This document shows positions 30,401-33,792 of a stretch of DNA of 33,792 nucleotides, one piece after another; position 1 is the stretch's first letter; each line of letters begins with the position of its first letter. Both the position numbers and the translations under genes were made by a program. Under the pieces are notes generated by a model that was not told the DNA's origin, did not search any database, and saw only the letters and a list, made by a program, of their open reading frames with translations. The stretch spans positions 1 through 33,792 of the IMG/VR virus record IMGVR_UViG_3300020161_003266. One strand, written 5' to 3'. This DNA is from a virus (Duplodnaviria; Caudoviricetes).

Positions 30401-30499
30401 TTGTTTTAAAAATTCAGCAACTAATGGAAACTCTTCCCTAACATATGAAGGGACTTGGCTATTTAAAACAGTGCTGAATTTAACTCTTTTTTTCGTCAT
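18446..30499 (-). CDS. gp7: Giant baseplate wedge initiator (gp7-like, 4017 aa) with many repeated beta modules and a YHYH-like domain
   Basis: Lies between gp6 and gp8. N-terminal QVPSYVREEFPLVAEFLKQYYLSQE, KDFYSTKGTDTSFRILFNSLYG; internal LHDSFYYQNFSYSLKS...W...V..LNHTLGFKKF are gp7-like core motifs. Confidence 0.85.
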   Translation of the reverse strand: MTKKRVKFSTVLNSQVPSYVREEFPLVAEFLKQYYLSQEFQGAPADLIQNIDQYIKINTIFDSSDSTELSLDISFSDEEILVSETIGFPDAYGLIKIDDEIILYTNKTENSFIGCIRGFSGISSYGTENSDNELVFETTTAEDHYEYVENNIQKGKTQVINLSSLFLKEFLKKIKYQIIPGFEGREFYGDLNDNLFLKQSKDFYSTKGTDTSFRILFNSLYGEDVDIIKPQNYLIRPSDASYRITNDLVVESISGDPYELLNSTLYQDEYGDIVSGFAPIANIEKIYSDNQKEYYKLSFDSGYNKDINVSGSLYGVFSVHPKTKLIGEVSEGQTTLDVDSTIGFPNSGELFVTYDDGETGIVYYGSKNLNQFFDCSNIEKQILDMTDLSLNTFAYGKSSKENSNEVIKVRVNSVLKEVNLLNNDTYYQSRGDFGVIKTLGLELKLNDHVANKWINNISTSFVVKSLNLIDSVSEIYKVSLYDNHNLRTGDSINITSNDGVKNTLEVIGVISDKEFNIGRNITLFTNKNYVIDRNLTKVDHLLYDSISNEIANVQNVYKDGDKTLVSSSSIPSYYNQSLSALYRSVIFTGTFFGDTFKITDSEDHNFYTGEAIYYQPSLSNGNQLFEEGLYFIKRVDENNVKFAKSRSDIHNSTGDNSKFITLTEEIEVIGDKIELYEFKNKSLKSQKLLREIKPPINDGNVYETNPGPIGILNNGTEILNYKSKDKIYYGQIEKIEITSRGNGYDIINPPVLDIIDSIGYGATGYCSVSGGLVQIRVLDSGFDYTDTPKINISGGNGLLANAYPVMKLVDNEIFFNAEQKSGQVNLANDTIGFSTYHRFRSVEKVIYQTNKQTAVGGISTNSVYYASSQDLKTIKLYSTFNDAAIGINTISLTSFGYGQHAFRSYNKKSVISAINVVDSGSGYENKKRSVSISGINTSINQITIQDHGFNSGDVVRYTTDGTQIGGLTQNFDYYLTKVDSDNFKLSEVGIDNVNKDFYYQNKEYIKFTSVGSQIHYFNYQPISVEIVGNIGAYSATGDLFKAQIQPIFRGEITSFHLTSKGKFYGSPEVLNYNREPLVILRKGQGVELSPIINNGEIVDVLVNNSGKDYNTFSNISIVGEGIGAVLVPVIENGQVKSVKIINGGINYRQNTTSIIITSPGAESSFRAKLQTWNVNLVEKYLNSITLDDGFIFYNSYTKGNLQYSHLYAPRKLRESEYSVSPDGKILYGNSDLIIQNGREVSSTKHSPIIGWAYDGNPIYGPYGYSSKNAKDGASIKQINSGYKVLTSADENRPSTSIYPRGFFVEDYVYYTSNDDSVLDKFNGRFCVTPEFPNGTYAYFATFSSSAVTTPGSAFRYYKSPVFPYLIGNTFKSAPNQFNFLSSSNQDDIDLNETNWRRNITFYNLLKEKSSYRYINIPNKLNQTVSIKYSSPGSIENIGIVTGGYGYKIGDTVVSDDENTEGYGFSAKVSKIKGKKINTISVASTIFYSAEIYPESNKRGFFNVVLDSPHNFKNQDIIVLSGLNTTSSFLDGYYPANIDLTNNLSLSNAIDSDTVTGIVTYISVAGNISNIKENDIFSIESEKIKVLNVDKSSSRLRILRSYDNTSGVAHSYSEILYENPRKFLINAGVYTSFNYKQNKEIYFNPKESVGLGTTGNGVGIGSTLTISNPGSGLSQVFVPVKSIYLPNHDLQTGDELTYSPNGGTPIGVSTDGKKIFNLNDQQKVYASKISNDLIGISTVKVGLGSTGTFVGIASTTRSLSILYFSSNGTNDYHSFKTVYSNLTSNVLKNVVTVGTAESHGLINNDYVFVNVNSSISTSFAVKYNDYNRKLVLNPKSFTSVGINTSKNTITIDNHGFKTGQKVIHSSSSYVLSNNTEYYIIVIDSNTIKLSTSYNDSIKSIPNTVGISSAYNGTLLPVNPPIELYKNSTVTFDLSDPSLSYTKSSFSYPAFNFNLYTDSNFSNLFEYSKLFNISRIGTVGITSDAKLILTIDENMPSSLFYKLDPIYSDNLPADKGNISIDSSVSLYNQINIKDSLYNGKKSIVSISSTEFVYNLPTKPENNYYDQYNSELYYTTNSENAEGPIYELNISSYGKNYYSLPRFVSVDSYNGSGAILNYSSKSISKIKKVKINDIGYDFPTDLTLKPDLFLPQILKIEPLSSFDSIRVTSIGKGYTTSPKLVVLDGSTKRFVQEVDLDYNTNDTFVTIRKNTYGILNVTPIIIPIYNSNGVGISSIVYNEINNNVTVTLSVGFSTADTFPFEVNDRVLIENVSVGVNSDGKGFDSKNYNYELFTLTGVSPNIGGIGIVTYSMNNLLESGEIPGIYDDINSFGKIIAEKYFPQFEVKLKKNNYYVGENVKYLDSSDTLGTVEGWDEKSDYVRILSKEIIEKNKILQGEVSKTQGIISSTVKPDASINLGAYSKVENGWEREIGFLNNNLQRLHDSFYYQNFSYSLKSKVPYDTWEDVVGSLNHTLGFKKFSDYQCEPSLVEVKNNNLSVGISTSILDSSIELIGVADLNCYYDFDLVRENALINGDSIFSSEIYFNSKILTDYYESVGNRVLSIDDFSNSFYNLPRTTRYTVAHRFALDSARAQKYITYVKDRRYIKQRQLMLVTLVHDNVYGYMNQYGRVESYLDLGSFDFSIEKNEGLLLFYPNKSLWNDYDVTTFVYNIKDTFVGVASTNFGGISYFDTNTVQVSSGSTTVIGVGITYTSIKAIVEISADDGRYEFNELNVIHDGTNVQMIGYSPLSSGNSSAYSSSEIGSFDAYISGSQLNIDFTPNVGISATVSSVQISIANTESSGIGTYALQYTKIESRSTSISASPSPIANVIGEYTNTYNGAYYIVQISDITNNIHQLSEVIVVDDGDNDAYETEFAVLQTKSGIGTIGSLKTPTSTQLTFTPNPNIDVEVKIYSNAMRDYRDGTKLLTFNNNILINEYNVYYGAAVDIKRTFDLNYKTNPIFNRSFDASSSDIIDIDKDTVYLKDHFFVTGEKLIYSSGTISESNAPIGITTTDFGVGIGTTDKLPNTVYVVKVDQNKIKLSKSAEDALKFVPEILDFVSLGIGTNHILTAVNQNSRALITIDNVIQSPVASTATTTHLKSSSLISEDILYFDGTTNFFSGDLIKVDDEIMRIDSVGVGSTNAVRLNRPWLGSTIQDHSTNSKVVKMQGDYNIVDNKIHFVTAPYGRVPIGTTTNPPDEIDWQGISTNSTFYGRVFMRSAEINSNYTPYSKNYVFDDISDKFNGTTREFVLNSNYSGLSDISSDNAVILINEIFQQPGNSGAYNLSENTIGITSIGFIGSATSTSSDINNSNLPSGGIIVSVGSTSGYGYQPLVSAGGTAIVSSSGTISSVSIGNSGSGYRKKIQSYYSSDDVVVRVGVATSSTEVARIEYIGTASVSNGRIVSIAITNPGIGYTRSNPPYVIIDPPLSYSDIPLIYKSSPSGVGTQATIDIVVGQGSSVIDFEIKNIGYGYKPGDTLTIDTNSISGIPTVPNSTFRSFDVYIQRTITDKFSGWSIGQLEPLDNIERLFTGERVIFPLKSQGQLISILSAKGSNIVVRDNLLIFINEVLQVPGKAYIFDGGSSIRFTDPPRSGDSCSILFYKGSGDIDVPLRNILETVKDGDDLTITYDPSIGQKSNLLENSRTVSNINSIDFVETNPYFGPGNTSDQVLYRPVVWCKQTEDRIINQKEVAKNRMLYEPLIYPSTYIINSVGIGSTTLFVESVRPFFNPTNENTTSLQFQKKVILYSQDILVSASATAIVSSSSTISSISITNGGSGYTDPPQVTIQNPIGIGTTTTTAISYITSGSVSSIEIVGFVTGYSQNNPPIVLIEPPKQKFEENTSINYSGDFGIITGIATTTVGVASTGIIFDFVIPSNSPLRNSLITGFTTVSSIQSGYYFTVFNSNVGNGITALDSSGNIIGVGTSFLDGVYQVADVSIVSRSSVGFGVTYVTRVTVSVSNYNNLSGIGISNYYGDFSWGKILLGPRSKENIYDAYTINGYTGISTGTVIKRVNSLKYSDYLT

Positions 30500-30500
30500 T

Positions 30501-32438
30501 TTATTGTCTTACTAGGTTCCCGTTGTTATAACTTGAAGTTACAATGTAATTAGATGCTGATGGATCAAGACCAGATGATATTTGGTCAGTTACCATATCA
30601 AAAATACTATTATTAATATCTAGTTGAAGATATAGATCTTGTAATCCAATCACATCATTTGATTTCGGAATTGCAGATATTTGAATTGTAGATTGTCCCT
30701 GTATTGTCTTTGCAGATAAAACATTAATGGAATTTATTGTGATAATTCCTTTTTCATAGTCAATTTTTCCAGCATTCCTTTTGATAATTATTGGACTTGT
30801 TGAGGTGACTGATGGAACTGTAAATAGAAAAATAGATCCAGTAGTTCCATTAGAATCAGGAATATCTGAAAGGTAAACAGTCTCTTGAGAATCTGTTGTT
30901 TTAAATCCAGAAGATTTAATATTGTACCCATTCATGCTTTTTATATAAAAAGCATTTCCAAATCCTATTTGATATTCTGCAATAGTATTTAAAGCAACTC
31001 TCAAATCTCTTCTTATTTGAACTTTTGTAATGTTAGATGTCACTGATTCATGACTATCATCAATTATTTTTAAGAATTTGCTATATTTAAATCTTGCTCC
31101 ATACTTATTTAATTCAGTAGATTCTGCGTACTTATTTGTATTAGATTGAATCACACTAGAAACATATTCAGAACTGGGGGCAAGATTTGTATTATAATAA
31201 ATCTTTGAATCTACTTCAATATAAAGATATTTTAAATCTAAAATTTCTGGTATTATGCCAGCAACTGCATATTTTTTTAGATCTCTTTTGATATTTTCTT
31301 TAATAAGATTTGGAAGAAAATCTCCTGTTCTTGGTTTAATGCTTATAAAAACCTTTCCATATTGTGGAGGTATTAGTTCTTCTCCACCAAAAACTGAAAT
31401 AGACTCAGTTTCTGGATAAATTTTTGCGGGTATAAGTGATTCGTAGTCATTTGCAGTCAATGCTCTATTTTGAGATGCATATATTCTTGTGGAATATTTT
31501 TTAATAGATTCCACAGACTCAATATTTTCACCTCCAGAAGAAATTAAACCAGTCGTCAGTAACGAAATTCCAGAAGTTATTATATATTCTTGAGAATTTC
31601 TAGTATAACTTAACCTTCCAGAAAATGTGAATTGACTAATTCCATTGCCACTATCACCATTTGATACTATGTAATTTACTTCTACAATATTATTATTTTC
31701 TAATTTTTTGCCAAAAAGAACTCCATCACCAAAAATCAACTCATATCTTTCATCTTCTATTTCTTGGATATAATAAACTCTAGAATCTTTGTTTACCTCA
31801 AATACACTGTCTTGTAAAGTATATTTTACAGATGCAGTTGAAGTAGCATCATCTTTAACAGAAACAGAAATTAAAGAAGTATCAATTCCGGGATTTGGAA
31901 GTATGAATCTTTGATTTTTATTTCTAGTTGAATATGTAAAATTATTGGTTAAAAGAACACCTTCGTATATTTTAATATCATTAAAATTTGCTCTATTATT
32001 AATTACAGGAACTGTTATATCATCTAGAATTGAAAATATAAAAGATTGATTAGAAAAAGTTCCTGATGTACTTGCTATAGTACCTTTTTTAAGTGTTATT
32101 GCTGCTGGAGAAAGGCCGTTATTTGATTGATCGGTAGTATCGACAAAAAAACTTACAGTTGCAGTTGCAGCTTTTCTTGATCTTGGTACATATCCAATAT
32201 TTCTTGCCAAAGCAACAACATTTTCTCTCAGAGTTGCACTATCAATAAAAACCTCATTTGCAACCATGTTTGCATTATATGAGGTAATATATGTGTTATA
32301 TGCCAAAACATCAAGAATTGATGAAAGATTAGATCCTTCAAAATCGTAATCAGTAAAATTTGAATTAGATCTTAGATAATCTTTAAGAGTAGTTTTTATC
32401 TGGTCAAAATCCAGATTTGAAAAATTTGTTAATGGCAT
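30501..32438 (-). CDS. gp6: Baseplate wedge subunit (T4 gp6-like)
   Basis: LDFDQIKTTLKDYLR...FTDYDFEGSNLSSILDVLAYNTY, FIDSATLRENVVALARNIGYVPRS, QNRALTANDY, GGEELIPPQYGKVFISIKP. Confidence 0.95.
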   Translation of the reverse strand: MPLTNFSNLDFDQIKTTLKDYLRSNSNFTDYDFEGSNLSSILDVLAYNTYITSYNANMVANEVFIDSATLRENVVALARNIGYVPRSRKAATATVSFFVDTTDQSNNGLSPAAITLKKGTIASTSGTFSNQSFIFSILDDITVPVINNRANFNDIKIYEGVLLTNNFTYSTRNKNQRFILPNPGIDTSLISVSVKDDATSTASVKYTLQDSVFEVNKDSRVYYIQEIEDERYELIFGDGVLFGKKLENNNIVEVNYIVSNGDSGNGISQFTFSGRLSYTRNSQEYIITSGISLLTTGLISSGGENIESVESIKKYSTRIYASQNRALTANDYESLIPAKIYPETESISVFGGEELIPPQYGKVFISIKPRTGDFLPNLIKENIKRDLKKYAVAGIIPEILDLKYLYIEVDSKIYYNTNLAPSSEYVSSVIQSNTNKYAESTELNKYGARFKYSKFLKIIDDSHESVTSNITKVQIRRDLRVALNTIAEYQIGFGNAFYIKSMNGYNIKSSGFKTTDSQETVYLSDIPDSNGTTGSIFLFTVPSVTSTSPIIIKRNAGKIDYEKGIITINSINVLSAKTIQGQSTIQISAIPKSNDVIGLQDLYLQLDINNSIFDMVTDQISSGLDPSASNYIVTSSYNNGNLVRQ

Positions 32439-32441
32439 TTA

Positions 32442-32843
32442 TTACCTGGTAGGTTGCAAAACGAACTGTAATTGTTGGGGTGAAACTTCAATACCAACTA
32501 TTTTGTATACAATTACGACATCAAAAGAATTTTCATCAAAATTCGGATTTACATCAACACTAATTAACACAACTCTTGGTTCATAATTTTTAATAGAATT
32601 TTCAATCTCATCCTTTATCACATTTGCTGATAAAGTATCAAGATTTTCAAACAGTAATTGATTTACTTTAGATCCAAAATTTTGACTGAAAAATTTTTCG
32701 CCAGGATATGTCATAACGATGTTACGAATAGAACGAGCAATAGCATTTTCGTTATTGAGGGCAATCAAATCATTAGACAGAGGATTCCTCTGAAACGTCA
32801 TACTAATGTCTTTAAACCCCCGACTTACTCGTTCTAAAGGCAT
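32442..32843 (-). CDS. gp25: Baseplate wedge / sheath-initiator subunit (T4 gp25-like)
   Basis: FKDISMTF...AIARSIRNIVMTYPGEKFF...FGS...LLFE...I.NYEPRV is the GPW/gp25 signature. Directly upstream of gp6. Confidence 0.93.
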   Translation of the reverse strand: MPLERVSRGFKDISMTFQRNPLSNDLIALNNENAIARSIRNIVMTYPGEKFFSQNFGSKVNQLLFENLDTLSANVIKDEIENSIKNYEPRVVLISVDVNPNFDENSFDVVIVYKIVGIEVSPQQLQFVLQPTR

Positions 32844-32861
32844 AATTATTATAATTCTAAC

Positions 32862-33122
32862 TTATTTATCAACAAATTTTGACTCATAAATGGGCTCTGT
32901 ACCGTATTCCCAATCATCATAATCCGCATCATTACGAATTTTTTCATGAATTTCATTCTGATGGAAAAAGTCATGCTTTTTTGGTGTTAAGTCATCATTT
33001 GCAATTTCTCTTAACATTTTTTGATTGTCAATTTTAGACTCCCAACCATAATCTGTAGATAAAAATTCTGTTTCCCAAGAATTTTTCATAAAATTCGTGT
33101 CGTTATCGATTTTTTTTGTCAT
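32862..33122 (-). CDS. Acidic hypothetical protein (86 aa)
   Basis: Strong SD AGGAG (33134-33130) 7 nt before the ATG. Acidic/aromatic C-terminus DADYDDWEYGTEP. Fits the operon. Confidence 0.8.
   Translation of the reverse strand: MTKKIDNDTNFMKNSWETEFLSTDYGWESKIDNQKMLREIANDDLTPKKHDFFHQNEIHEKIRNDADYDDWEYGTEPIYESKFVDK
32863..32869 (-). promoter_or_regulatory. Late promoter motif ATAAATA upstream of gp25
   Basis: Minus strand GATAAATAAG, overlapping the stop of the 86-aa ORF, 19 nt upstream of ATG 32843. Confidence 0.7.
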
Positions 33123-33177
33123 TTTTTTGCTCCTGATTTGTAAGATCAGAACTTTTTACGGGGTTGCTATCCCTGAA
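33123..33177 (-). promoter_or_regulatory. Candidate structured cis-regulatory RNA (hairpin/pseudoknot plus SD-sequestering stem)
   Basis: Minus strand TTCAGGGATAGCAACCCCGTAAAAAGTTCTGATCTTACAAATCAGGAGCAAAAAA-ATG. TTCTGAT pairs with ATCAGGA (7 bp, one G-U) and covers the SD. Upstream is a GGG/CCC stem whose loop (AGCAAC) can pair with GTTCT. Confidence 0.5.
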
Positions 33178-33387
33178 TCAGCATTCAATTTCCGAAATAA
33201 AAGGGCGATGGAAACTATAATTTTTTTGAATCCTAATATCAGAATTTTTAAAGGTCCAACATTCACCATTATTATCTAGAAAAACAACCCACTCAAGGTC
33301 ATGTTCCTGTGATCGATCAATTACAAAAAAAGCCCAACCATTACCTTTGGGGGTAACGACTGGGACTTGTGGATTTAATTGTAGCAT
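33178..33387 (-). CDS. Hypothetical phage protein (69 aa)
   Basis: MLQLNPQVPVVTPKGNGWAFFVID...EHDLEWVVF...GECWTF.N..IR resembles a widespread small phage family. Starts 3 nt after the upstream stop. Confidence 0.8.
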   Translation of the reverse strand: MLQLNPQVPVVTPKGNGWAFFVIDRSQEHDLEWVVFLDNNGECWTFKNSDIRIQKNYSFHRPFISEIEC

Positions 33388-33390
33388 TAA

Positions 33391-33531
33391 TTATTTTCCT
33401 TGACCACGATATCTTTTCTTCTTCCCATTACGAGATGTTGCCGAAAGAAGAGTACGAGAAGATCTTCCTTGACGAGTCTTTTTAGGAGCTCCGGGTTCGA
33501 ACAGGGTCTTATTACTTCCACCTTTAGCCAT
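33391..33531 (-). CDS. Small highly basic protein (46 aa; below the ORF-track cutoff)
   Basis: MAKGGSNKTLFEPGAPKKTRQGRSSRTLLSATSRNGKKKRYRGQGK*. SD GGAGG at 33545-33541. Fills the operon gap exactly. Confidence 0.85.
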   Translation of the reverse strand: MAKGGSNKTLFEPGAPKKTRQGRSSRTLLSATSRNGKKKRYRGQGK

Positions 33532-33682
33532 TTAAAATTTCCTCCAATTCAATTTCATTTGGGTTAATATCTTCTCCTGCAAAGAATTTTTCAGAGAAGT
33601 CTTGTAAGATCTCAGCACACTCTTCATGTGTGAGACCTTTATAAATTTTACGCCCTTTATAAAGTACGTTAAACGTTTTCAT
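33524..33682 (-). CDS. Small hypothetical protein (52 aa; below the ORF-track cutoff)
   Basis: MKTFNVLYKGRKIYKGLTHEECAEILQDFSEKFFAGEDINPNEIELEEILNG*. Its start is coupled to the upstream stop by a TGATG overlap, and it overlaps the next gene by 8 nt. Confidence 0.8.
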   Translation of the reverse strand: MKTFNVLYKGRKIYKGLTHEECAEILQDFSEKFFAGEDINPNEIELEEILNG

Positions 33683-33792
33683 CAGATAATACGAGTTTTC
33701 TCGTGACCTACACGAATTCTTGGATCACACCAAATTTCAAATCCTGCATCCTTTGCATCAAGGCAGAAAGATACATCCTCTCCACACATATC
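33682..33792 (-). CDS. C-terminal end of a GT2-like glycosyltransferase-family protein (5'-truncated by the window)
   Basis: ...DMCGEDVSFCLDAKDAGFEIWCDPRIRVGHEKTRII*. The GEDxxFC...GF.I..DP....GH.K pattern matches the GT-A/GT2 'ED' catalytic region. Only 36 residues are visible. Confidence 0.7.
   Translation of the reverse strand, partial: DMCGEDVSFCLDAKDAGFEIWCDPRIRVGHEKTRII

Noticed and set aside
9262-30499. Inteins, introns or homing endonucleases inflating the 2523-aa and 4017-aa ORFs
   Set aside because: No intein-type C-F/L...HN-C/S/T boundaries or LAGLIDADG/HNH/GIY-YIG motifs were spotted by eye. Repeated beta modules account for the size. An HMM scan would be needed to exclude this fully.
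5158-33279. Remaining + strand ORFs (5158, 6886, 7198, 12754, 14756, 17629, 19179, 19521, 21054, 21874, 22411, 24142, 27693, 33097; also 4483)
   Set aside because: All are antisense to well-supported genes, short and without recognisable motifs.
1-33792. Stop-codon reassignment
   Set aside because: Standard-code translation gives full-length, tightly packed genes, and TAA, TAG (4725) and TGA (33178, 33682) all act as stops.

Overview
The window is part of a large, AT-rich T4-like myovirus genome with cyanomyovirus (Kyanoviridae-like) gene order. Every credible gene is on the minus strand. In transcription order (right to left) it holds: the 3' end of a GT2-like glycosyltransferase, four small ORFs (two missed by the ORF track), gp25, gp6, a 4017-aa gp7-like baseplate protein, gp8, a 2523-aa VrlC/DUF4815-type virion protein, two small ORFs, gp13, gp14, gp15 and gp16. 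gp17 does not follow gp16. Instead there is an island with a 111-aa beta-rich adaptor-like gene and a gene the ORF track misses entirely (4713 to <1, at least 1571 aa, running off the left edge). That gene encodes about 958 residues of Gly-X-Gln collagen fused to a beta-helix head and helical repeats. Five T4-type late promoter motifs (ATAAATA) lie at gene junctions. The most notable items are (1) the architecture of the giant collagen fibre, with an uninterrupted 111-triplet Leu-rich rod followed by a Thr-rich segment kinked by a recurring GLSGEFAGQG motif; (2) a 55-nt intergenic element at 33123-33177 with riboswitch-like architecture, a candidate pseudoknot competing with a Shine-Dalgarno-sequestering hairpin; and (3) a 37-aa Tyr/Gly/Trp tract in the VrlC-like protein. 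No tRNA, rRNA, CRISPR array or mobile element was seen. Family assignments come from motif recognition and synteny, not database searches.
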